Origin: Takakia lepidozioides
Lineage: Eukaryota; Plantae; Bryophyta
DNA length: 64,000 nucleotides
Assembly (NCBI GenBank): GCA_030704615.1
Contig: CM060731.1
Coordinates: 24,242,001-24,306,000 of the forward strand
Direction: 5' to 3'
The stretch's first letter is position 1, and each line of letters begins with the position of its first letter. The translations under genes and the position numbers were made by a program. This document shows positions 10,204 to 22,000 of the stretch, piece after piece. A model generated the notes under the pieces. The model was not told the origin of the DNA, made no database searches, and worked only from the letters and a program-made list of their open reading frames with translations.

Positions 10204-12385
10204 TCATTTCTCTGGGGGAGTTGGAGGAACATCAAGATCAGACACATAAGGCTCCCGCCCCTTCTGCACGGAAACATGGAGATACCATTATAGAGATGAG
10301 TATCACTGTAAAAAATGTCAAACCACCTCACTGCATCCTCTCCCTCTGTCTGACACTCTCCCCACCACCACTGTATCCCCAACAAAATCAGACCTGAATA
10401 ATATGTTGGAGAGGATGTGAGGCAGAGAGACCCACACCCTAAGTCACTTTCATCCTAACTGAGCTCCCTAACCCCTAAAATTTGCTATTCTCTGTTAGAT
10501 ACATTACAAGCTAAATTGTAGCTCAATCACAATAATTCCCAACATGACACGCAAAGGGTAGGAAAGAACAATTGCAAGCACACATTATCTGTCTTTGGGG
10601 ATGGAGATACAAAATAACTGCAAGGTGGAAAAGAGCATCCATGCCTGGCCACTAGGTCGATTCACAACTCCCCCACGTGTCCAGGTCGTGAGAGGGTCAA
10701 CATTCTGGGGGTCGAAAGTCTTGAGGGGGTCCCGGGGGAGTCCATCACCATCGTTAGGAGGAGCCTTAGCAGTATCAGGAGGGTTGTTGATCACCACATA
10801 ACCCCCAAGCAGCCCACCTACCAGAAGAAACAAGAAGCCCGCCAACAGAGGGAACCGCACAGCCAGGGGATCTATGCCAAGCTGTCCTAGAACACCTTTG
10901 CCGGTTATCACTTCCATTATTACTGCAGCCTGAAAGTGGATGGAATGTCATGTCAGTAGAATGAAGTCGACTAGGAAACTGAATCATTTTCCAGCAATGT
11001 AAGAGCACCTTAAGTTGAGGTTTACCAAACGCTCAGCAGCTGATAGTCAGACTCTCCTTAGGAAGCAGCGACAGAAATATGGTTATTGGTCAACCATGGT
11101 TTAAGCGCTATGGTGGATGATTGATGGCATATCCCTAATCAACAATATAACTGCAAGAATCTTGGCAACACAAGTTTGCAGCCTTTACAACCTTGTAGTC
11201 TGAAGGTGAAAGGTAAGAAAATTACCGCAAAGCCCACCATTGCCAAGCGACCCACTTGTTGCTCTTGGAGTCTGCCAAACCCAAACCAGGTGCCAGGGCC
11301 CCCTAGTCCATATGGCCTGGCTTCCTTTTTTCCCCCACCCTCACTTTCTCCTGCTGCGCACACTGCAGCACCCCCGGGCAGACAATCAAGAGGGCTCACA
11401 GACACTAGATAGAGATAGGCCCCTGATATAGGAGGTTCCCAGCCTTCTGATATCAGTTTCACAGAGACACCCCAGATCACACTAGTGCATACCGACTCTG
11501 TCCCAGCGTGAGAAAACTTGGCAGAAGGTTTGAGCATTTTAGAACATGTAGGAGTTAAATGGTGTTGAGGCATTTGAATGAGGCACGGAAGTAAGGATTT
11601 CGAGTGAGGAAGCACTGAAAGAACATGAGGGAACAAAGACAAACAATTCAAATGCACACGACAATGACGTCTGGTCTAGTGCGACGGTGTTGTACGCCCA
11701 GGGGCAATCCTCTAAGATGAAATTCGCACACATGTGCCCAACAATGTCTAGTTCACAAGGGTTCCACGTAGTTCATAAAAATCTTCTCTCATTTCCTTAA
11801 TGCTCAAGCCATAGTGTGCTAAGAGCAAAACGAACTAAGAGCCAGAATTGGTCAAACGTCACTGCACAGACCCCTTCCTTCACTCGACAATGCATCTCAT
11901 CAATGTACTAGTAACCATAGTCACATTTAAAAGTCCTTTGCATTCACCTGTGATGAAACTTTAGCTGCTCGAGAACGGGATTGGAGTGCATACTGAAAAA
12001 CAGTAATGCTTTTATTCAGAGGTTTGCAAACATAGGGCTGAGAGGCCAACGTCGTGTGTTCTGTCTAAAATTCTAGAATTCTACTGGAAGTCCAAACCCA
12101 GAAGAATCGAAGACACGTACAAGACCTACCTGAGAAATTCCAAGATTTTTTCCGTTCCACATTTGGAGATGTACTAAAGCTGCTAGTGAGTTGAGAGAAT
12201 GCCGACCTCCGCCCCTGGTTCACACTAGCGATTGTGCGAGCAGTCACTGCAACTTTGAGTAACCCATTCAAAAACTGCGCGGAACTTTGAGAGCAATGAG
12301 TGCCCTTGGAAGCTTGACGATCACCAAAGACTCTACCCACATCTGTATGTGAGAACCCCTGCATTTGCCTTGCACATTGTGCCAT
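10204..12385 (-). CDS. Chloroplast-targeted two-helix LHC-superfamily protein resembling one half of PsbS (SEP/PsbS-like), 4 exons, ~245 aa
   Basis: Exons 12385..12130 (Ser/Arg-rich transit peptide, phase-1 GTAGG donor), 11362..11226 (FGFGRLQEQQVGRLAMVGFA, LHC motif), 10929..10645 (AAVIMEVITGKGVLGQLG plus second helix; GC donor) and 10263..10204 (KGREPYVSDLDVPPTPPEK*). Compare PsbS FGFTKANELFVGRLAQLG...EIITGKGALAQL. Confidence 0.8.
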
Positions 12386-14064
12386 CTCCTCCTCTCTTCA
12401 AGGCCTTGTGCCCCCCCCAGCACAATTTGTGATGATCGACACACTTCGATTGATAACTTCAGTAATCTGTCAAACATTCACAATGATTATAGATCTCTGT
12501 TTCTGAAGCTTCCAATGCATATTTTCATTGTTTTCCTTGGCATCGTCACCTCATCCAGGTACAAAAGCATTGGATTTCATGACTGGATAAGAGATGAGTG
12601 GCCCATCAGAACGACCGATATCATTCCACGCATTTGTCTACGATGACACGCGGCCGGTTGTCACGTCACGAGCCGCTGAAGAGCCACGATACACATGCTA
12701 GTCACCCATACAAGATTTTTGATACTCTTCCCTCTCTTTCATCGCTGTGTGTGCTGTGTGTGCGTGACCTCAATTCCAGTAAATCTTCACACTCCTCGAG
12801 ACCCGAAGATCCACACTCACATAACGAGCACGGAGTGAACGTAGCACAACAGGGCTCCGACATTTTCTTTCCTGGAAGATTGCTTTGATGATATGACCTC
12901 TAAACTGAAGAGAAGTTGGAGGCCAGCTACCCACAGTACTAACGCCTGTTGTAGCGGCATTTGGGTTTGTTTATTGGGTACGCCCATAGCCAGGGGTATC
13001 CGCAGCTCAGAAAAAATATATGAGCAGGAGAACCAAATTTCATGTAGTCTTAAGAGTGGGTACGCCAGTGATTACCGCTTATTCATTGGATTGCATCCTC
13101 TTGGTAAGAGGACTTCTCTGGAATTCAGAGTCTTGCCCCCAAGGGTGGAGACTGAGGGCAGCAGGAAAGTTCAAGGGTAAGAACTTTACCTGTTGTGAAG
13201 CACTGCTCGAAAATTCCACCCTGGCCCTGCTTGGACTGCGAAAATGTCCTGGGCTCAGGGCTGTAGTCCAGAATCACTCTGGAGCAGGACCTGTAATTCA
13301 GTGACAGGATATTCTGCTTGGGGACGTCACTATATTCAGAAACGAAATTTTCGAGCAAATACTTTACAGGTCTAGGAGAACCTGCAGTCTAAAGAAGCCT
13401 CAAGTAGGAGTGATTCATTGCTGTGAGATGAGTAAACTCAATTGTCATCTTCAGTGCCATACTCGAAAGTGGCCAGCAGTAAAGGAGCCTCAGCAATCAA
13501 GCACTTTTTCATAGGGTTAAGAGCACGTACCTGCATTCCTGCTCTACCCTAAGTAAACAACCACACCATGGAACACTGAGCACCCCACAAGAGCAAAAAG
13601 TGAAACAGAGAGGATGCCAATTGGTCAATGTGACCAGGAGTACCATATTACACCGTCAAACTGGAACCACTTGTTTAAGTAACTTCAACCACCACATACC
13701 AATGACAACATTCAAGAGTCTATGCCAACACCTTACGGTGGCATGTATGATTACACCGTGGCTCACAAGCCGTAACCACTGTTATCTTTAAATGACTAAC
13801 TGTCGCTAACCAATAGGAGCCAATCACATTGACAAGGTGCATTGTTACTTGTCCAATGTATATGCTTTATAAGCAATACCCAAATGCACATCATTCTGAA
13901 ATGGGAGGCTCTCACACTGCCTCCATTATTCCAAGTAATGTTACAAGAAAGAATGACCCACGGTGTTAGGGGTGTGCTGGACACCTTCTCTCTCTATTGA
14001 ATGTTGTGGACCCAATAGCTCCAACCCGCTTGGAAAATTTACCAAACCTCAAGCGTCTGGTGGT

Positions 14065-17000
14065 TCAACCGGAGGATCTCCAGATCCTGCCCTCAAGAGA
14101 GATCACCATCACCGACACATCATCATGGTACTTGCGGCGATCCCCTTGTGGGATGTCTAAAAGCTCGTGAAAGTCCATACCTGTGCCCATCCATGACAAT
14201 CATATTAAACAAATAGCAACTGGGAAGTTTACTCACTAAATGTCATGCAGGATACTACCCCTCCAGGTCCTGCATGAGAACCTGGGTCCACTGACGGAAA
14301 CTTGGACTTGACACTAAAAGTAAGGTCTCTCATGAAAACTCTGGCCCCAAGCATATTGTAGTTTGAGCTTCACATGAAGTTTTCCCCCACAAGGGAGTCC
14401 TTCCATCAAATCCAACATGGCATTCAGGACATTCCAGCCCTCTAGGTTGGCCACAAAACTGTATCCTTCCCACTCAATCAGATGGATACTCCCCTCTTCT
14501 TCTGTCACGCTCCATCTCATCCCACAAGCCAGTCCCACGAGCAATGGCCACATACTCTAGCCCCCTCTTAATTGTCTGTGAGCATCCAACTGCCCAGATA
14601 GGTTCTGAATGCATTGTCCTACCATTCTTCTTGGCAGCACGAAACAGAAGCTCCTCAATGAGATGTTGAGCAGGGTCTCCATCAGGAAATTTTTCCATAA
14701 ACCATTCCACGTGGGAAACCACCTCCTCATTGCTAAGATATTGGTACAACCCGTCTGATGAAAGCACCAAAAATTGGTCTTGAGGACCAAGCCTATGGTG
14801 GTGCAGAAAGGGGTTGCAACTGATGTAGGGGTCAGTGCCTTTGAAATCACAGCGGAACATTTCGAGCAGCGCATTATTCCATTTGGACTGCAAATTGAAA
14901 ACCACGCATCCATTCAGCCTCAATGACCCCTTCTTTTGGGCATAACCACTGCAACAGTCAAGATTACTAGCATCCAATGTCAGGACCCCAGCCCAGCAGC
15001 CAGTTCAACGACATGATCCAAGGTAGTCAGCACCACTTTGGGATGGCAAACCTTGGGCACCAACCACTGGCACAAGTGTGTTCTGTGCAAGCCCATCCTA
15101 CCTAGGCCATAAAACTTCTGCGTTGCATCAATGCCCCCAACTTACATCCCTATCCCTCTCAAGGTTCCTTCTGGCTTTTGATAATCCCAGGTCCAATAAC
15201 TACAACTACTGTCACTAAATGAAAGGATTATCAAAGGTGTTGCTTCTTCACAACACTATCTTGTTCTTACTGAGAACAGCCCAAATGAGTACTTACTCTA
15301 AATGAAACTGGCACGGATAGATCTGTTGAAAAAACACTGCCCAGCATTTCAAAAGGGGAGCAGTACAGTGGGATGGATGAGTCTAACGAGGCATCAAGTA
15401 GATTGAATCTGTACACCCATCCGTTTCTCACTGAGGATTACGGTGGCTTTGCTAGTTTGCCTGTCTCTTGAGTCCTACCCTAACACGGCTAAGGAAACAC
15501 AAACGAAATGACTCTAAGAGAAATCGAAGGCTGGAGACATGTTCCCAACCTAAAATGTGATCCATACACATTTGAATTTCACTTGACGTTCAAGCTTGAA
15601 AAACATGTGTTTGCTGAACCCAAGGACATCTAACCTTTCATGGCTGAGAGCTGCAATCTGAACAGTGTCAGCGAACCTACTCACCCTCATTCAGCATATT
15701 CACGGTCGAATGTATCCCAATTGACATCATGATGAACTTGGTCAAATTACTGAATACCTAAGCAGAAGTTCAGGTCTCAATGCCTTTCTCAGTTCCAGTT
15801 AAGCTAAACTGGGTTGAGTTCTGCAAGTTCTATGACGACTATTATTGCTCCTCTCAGCTTGAGAAGAGACTCAATGCAAGATTGTACTCATAAGACGTTG
15901 TTTGCCGTAGCCTTGTGGCCATTGACCCCGCGCCCAGTTTGAGCGGGAACAAAAGGGACAGAACCTACCTCTGTCAGGGGCTGACGTTGGTAGTAAGACT
16001 TACCTCCATATATAGAATTAATCTGGGTTTTCCAGATATCCTCTAGAAATCCCTTCACACAAGCATCAATCTGCTGTGTGTGATTTGCCCAAAAACTAGG
16101 CCTCAGGAGGGCCTGGGCTTTTGGCTCAGCCTCGAGACTTTCAAAGTTGGTAAACAGGGGTACAGGCACAATCCCCTTAATAGATTTGAAGAGAGCGTCT
16201 CTTTGGTGAGAGAACCCCGGACAGTGTATCAGAAAATGAATACTGTCTTCAGATTGCCCACACAACGGGCAATTGCACTCTCCCTTTCCTCTCTGCTTCT
16301 GTTTGCTGTTCAAAGGTAGGCTTCCTGCCCTGAGTTTAAATTTCAGTCTAGTGCCGAGAGTGGGTAGACCCTTGAGGTCATCCAAGATGTCCTCCCCCAT
16401 GTCACAGACTGGAAACAAGTTCAGGGAAGTTTTCTGCCTAACTTCATTTTCATCAGACAATCTCATGGCAACAGACATGGCTGAGGACACTACAGCCTCT
16501 AAGTCAGATTTATCCAGCAGGGTCAAGACTTGTGGATCCAGGTCCAGGTCCTTGAGGATCTCTTCTACTCTCTTCTGCCAGGACTTAGCCTGTTTGACAG
16601 GGCGGTCCTGTTTCCAAGATATAGAGTCGATTAATTTAGGATATCTGGTGTTGGGCATATGTTGCAGCTGACCCCACCATCTGACCTTGAATTCATCTCG
16701 TCGGGAGCTTAAGGACGGAATGCCAAACTCACCCCGAACAGCCACATTGGCTGTTATGGAGCATGCTGACATACACTCCTTAAGCACCCCCACTTGAATG
16801 GATTCTAGAGACTTAGCCTGGTTGGAGTTATCAACCCATATAGCAGATCCGTACTCCAAGGCAGGTCTAATAACGCGACAAAGCATGGTTTTCTTAACCT
16901 CAGAGTTGACCCCTCTGCAGTGGAAAAATTTAGTGAGCCCCAGAGCTTTGCCCTTGCCTGTTTGAACAACTTTCCGGATATGTGCATCCCAATTACAATT

Positions 17001-18976
17001 GGAGGAGAACTCAACGCCCAGGTAAGTGTAGGAAGGGAGGACCGGGATCTCTTGGCTACCCCACTGCCACTTAAGATCACTTCCTCCCTCTCCTCTGTCG
17101 TTGAATGCTACCACTGCACATATGCTGACATTAGCCTCTAGCCCCCAAAGATCAAAGTATCTCTTCGCGCAATCAATCAACTCCTGGAGATTGGTTGGAG
17201 TCTCCCCTATGCCTGCGAAGTCATCCGCAAACATAAGGGCTGGTATGGTGGTATCACCCACCCTTAACCCAAATCCCTCACTTTCCACATCCTCGAGGAG
17301 TTGATTGATGAAAACATTGAAGAGCAGAGGGGAGAGAGTACATCCTTGAGCTACACCTTGGTCTATGTCAAAGAAGTTGGACTTCTGTCCGTTAACAGTG
17401 ACACAGCTTTTGGTGTGAGCATACAAGTTGTGGACAACTCTCCACATCTTTCCCTTGATCCCACAAGACCAGAGGCGTAACCATAGGCCATCCCTCCACA
17501 CTGTGTCATACGCCTTTTTGACATCCAGGAAAAAGACATAAGTGGGTTTCCCTTCTTTTTTCCTTCCCTGGATAATCTGGCTTAGAGTGAAGATATGATC
17601 CACACAGCCCCTGTTTCGCCGAAAGCCAGCTTGGCCTTCGTGGAAACAACCTCTGGACTCCAGATTAACCTCGAGACGAGTACTTATAACTCTGCAGAAT
17701 GTCTTGCCAACAGCATTGAGGAGCGTGATGCCACGGTAGTTCCCCGGTTCTTCTCTGTCACCCTTCTTGTATAGATTGACAATGCAAGAGTCGAAGTAAG
17801 ACAATACTTCACCTGGAAGGATAGTTAAATACTGCCAAGGAAATTTCTCCATTATCAATCTCCGCATGATACTGAGCTGTCATTGGATCCCAACCTGCCA
17901 GAGGATATGAGAGTTGTGCCAAAATCATAGTGCTTAACCTCATAATGATCTGGTCACAGGGATTTGATAGCTGACTACTGGGCTGGCATTGGCATTTTTA
18001 GAAATCTTGAGACGTTGAGAAGATCATTGCTCCTCAAGCCACACTACGAATGAGCTAAGGCCGAGTTTAGACAGCCGAGACGAGTGGCCAAAAATTGGTG
18101 GTGGTCATGATTGGACAGAATTCAGGTTTTGGCCCGTGGATAGTTTAGACATGGCCTGTCAATGAAAAACTCCCAGATTATGTGGCACTGCTGGATGCAT
18201 ATGTGGCAATTTTGAGGGGACAAAACTGAGAACCACGTTTTAGCTCATCCCAAGAATGGTAGAGTGGCCAAGAGGTTTCGCCATTGTTTTGCCAAGTGGT
18301 GGCCAAAATTGAGGACGAAATTTTGCTCATCCCAAAAACAGTGGGGCGGCCATAAGGAGGTTTTAAGTTTTGCTAAGCCGCTACCTTTCCACTCCATCAA
18401 CCTTCTAAACATCGAGGGCTGGCAAAAATAGAGGACCCATGAACCAGTGAACCCTTTGCAAAAAGTAGGTTTCAGACTGTCATGTCATCCCGACGAGTGC
18501 CTGAAACAAGCACCCTAAACGATTTTGGCGGCTTGTTTCATGGCGTGTGTCTAAAGTGGCCCTTACGATTAGGTTTGGTCACACTAGTAGGAAGAAAGGA
18601 CACAGAGAGAGAGACACAGGGATGATGGGTAGACTTGCTTCCAGGCCATAGACGCCGCACCCGGATTGAACACAGCAAAAATGTGCGAGAGAAGCAGAAA
18701 ATGAAGGGGGCCAGAAAAATGGTGTACACTATCATCACAGAAGGCTTGCTCTGGGGACCATCCTGATCTCAGGTAAGCTCTTTATTGTAGTATCCATTTG
18801 ATGTGAGTATATACTATACACCCGACGATTCAGACACAAGGGGGCCCACAGTTCTAAGCCTTGCCTCGAATATAGGAAACCCCTCTACCTCGTCCTCAAG
18901 TCCCTTACTAATGAGGGCTCTGATTTAGCTGGCTTTGAGGGAGGGAGTGTACTCATAAGCCATTGGCTGTAGCCGC

Positions 18977-19014
<38 letters not shown>

Positions 19015-22000
19015 GAGAACAAGAGACAGTTTGTGGAGGAAAATACCCGTTTAAGGAAGCCAGCACCAAATGCACGGGTCACTTTCAATCTCCCCTTCAC
19101 ACGGTCGTTGGAGATAATGGTGTCATCATTTGGATGCTCTGACCTTATTCTCAGCACTTCCTACATATCCGAACACAGAATTTGTGAGATACTTTCATTA
19201 CCTCACATAACTTCAAACTCACTACGGGTGGAACAATGGGATGATAAGGTGCAACAAGCAGAATAAGACCTAGATTCAGATTTGTCATAATGTAGGTAAA
19301 ACAGGCATTGCACAGTATGTTTGAGAGTTTGAGCACCCACAAAGGGGTGACAAAATTCCTGGAAGAGAAAGAAGACAGATGAGAAGTAGAGAGAGAGGCG
19401 CCCAAGCTGACAACTAGCATGCAAAAGAGGAAGACAATACCAAAGGGGGCTTGAATTTACCTCATCAATGCTAGTGCTATGATCGGAAGACAGCTGCAAG
19501 GCACCCAACAACGATAAACCTGGTACAGGGGCTGCCAGGCTGGCAGTATCATATGAAGCCTCGAGTGCCTCCAGTTCTGTAGGAGTCTCCTCAATAATCC
19601 TCTCAAGCTCAACCCGCAACAATGGGTCACGACCTCCAATCCGTTCAGGTTCCTCTAGTTTATGACCATTGAGTTGTGGATATATCTGTCCGCATGAAAA
19701 CTTTGAAAGAGACATGATGGCAAACTGTTTGGATTGCTGCTGAGCAAGAACCGCACGACTATCCCCGACATTCATGATATATACATCCTCATCTTTCATG
19801 AGCATCACAAGCACGCATGATCCCATAAGCGCAAGTTCAGGATTCTCATCTACAACCCTGCCAATCAAAACAATCTTGCATAAGAAAAGACAAAAAAATA
19901 ATAGATGTATTACTACCACGGGAAGCATTAGAGACTATGGGGGAGAAAAAAAGAAACTCTTTAACCTCAACAGCACCTTCAAGTCCCGATTTGACAAAGA
20001 GAGGAAGAGAAAAGATTGTACTCATAAGACGTTGTTTGCCGTAGCCTTGTGGCCATTGACCCCGCGCCCAGTTTGAGCGGGAACAAAAGGGACAGAACCT
20101 ACCTCTGTCAGGGGCTGACGTTGGTAGTAAGACTTACCTCCATATATAGAATTAATCCGGGTTTTCCAGATTTCCTCTAGAAATCCCTTCACACAAGCAT
20201 CAATCTGCTGTGTGTGATTTGCCCAAAAACTAGGCCTCAGGAGGGCCTGGGCTTTTGGCTCAGCCTCGAGACTTTCAAAGTTGGTAAACAGGGGTACAGG
20301 CACAATCCCCTTAATAGATTTGAAGAGAGCGTCTCTTTGGTGAGAGAACCCCGGACAGTGTATCAGAAAATGAATACTGTCTTCAGATTGCCCACACAAC
20401 GGGCAATTGCACTCTCCCTTTCCTCTCTGCTTCTGTTTGCTGTTCAAAGGTAGGCTTCCTGCCCTGAGTTTAAATTTCAGTCTAGTGCCGAGAGTGGGTA
20501 GACCCTTGAGGTCATCCAAGATGTCCTCCCCCATGTCACAGACTGGAAACAAGTTCAGGGAAGTTTTCTGCCTAACTTCATTTTCATCAGACAATCTCAT
20601 GGCAACAGACATGGCTGAGGACACTACAGCCTCTAAGTCAGATTTATCCAGCAGGGTCAAGACTTGCGGATCCAGGTCCAGGTCCTTGAGGATCTCTTCT
20701 ACTCTCTTCTGCCAGGACTTAGCCTGTTTGACAGGGCGGTCCTGTTTCCAAGATATAGAGTCGATTAACTTAGGATATCTGGTGTTGGGCATATGTTGCA
20801 GCTGACCCCACCATCTGACCTTGAATTCATCTCGTCGGGAGCTTAAGGACGGAATGCCAAACTCACCCCGAACAGCCACATTGGCTGTTTTGGAGCATGC
20901 TGACATACACTCCTTAAGCACCCCCACTTGAATGGATTCTAGAGACTTAGCCTGGTTGGAGTTATCAACCCATATAGCAGATCCGTACTCCAAGGCAGGT
21001 CTAATAACGTGACAAAGCATGGTTTTCTTAACCTCAGAGTTGACCCCTCTGCAGTGGAAAAATTTAGTGAGCCCCAGAGCTTTGCCCTTGCCAGTTTGAA
21101 CAACTTTCCGGATATGTGCATCCCAATTACAATTGGAGGCGAACTCAACGGCCAGGTAAGTGTAGGAAGGGAGGACCGGGATCTCTTGGCTACCCCACTG
21201 CCACTTAAGATCACTTCCTCCCTCTCCTCTGTCGTTCAATGCTACCACTGCACATTTGCTGACATTAGCCTCTAGCCCCCAAAGATCAAAGTATCTCTTC
21301 GCGCAATCAATCAACTCCTGGAGATTGGTTGGAGTCTCCCCTATGCCTGCAAAGTCATCCGCAAACATAAGGGCTGGTATGGTGGTATCACCCACCCTTA
21401 ACCCAAATCCCTCACTTTCCACATCCTCGAGGAGTTGATTGATGAAAACATTGAAGAGCAGAGGGGAGAGAGTACATCCTTGAGCTACAACTTGGTCTAT
21501 GTCAAAGAAGTTGGACTTCTGTCCGTTAACAGTGACACAGCTTTTGGTGTGAGCATACAAGTTATGGACAACTCTCCACATCTTTCCCTTGATCCCACAA
21601 GACCAGAGGCGGAACCATAGGCCATATCTCCACACTGTGTCATAAGCCTTTTTGACATCCAGGAAAAAGACATAAGTGGGTTTCCCTTCTTTTTTCCTTC
21701 CCTGGATAATCTGGCTTAGAGTGAAGATATGATCCACACAGCCCCTGTTTCGCCGAAAGCCAGCTTGGCCTTCGTGGAAACAACCTCTAGACTCCAGATC
21801 AACCTCGAGACGAGTACTTATAACTCTGCAGAATGTCTTGCCAACAGCATTGAGGAGCGCGATGCCACGGTAGTTCCCCGGTTCTTCTCTGTCACCTTTC
21901 TTGTATAGATTGACAATGACCCCCTGTCGCCAGCGTAAGGGGATCATTTCAGTCTTCCAGATAAGGTTAAAGAGGAGAACTAGGGCCTCTATCATGGGAT

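Noticed and set aside
11363-11657. Upstream part of ORF 11139..11657 as the N-terminus of the PsbS-like protein
   Set aside because: Splice phases fit better with exon 12385..12130 joined to the 11362 acceptor, so this stretch is probably intron.
17780-17867. N-terminus (MRRLIMEKF...) of the 659-aa RT ORF as a domesticated RT gene
   Set aside because: It is flanking intron sequence beyond the TSD that happens to be in frame with a 5'-truncated LINE.
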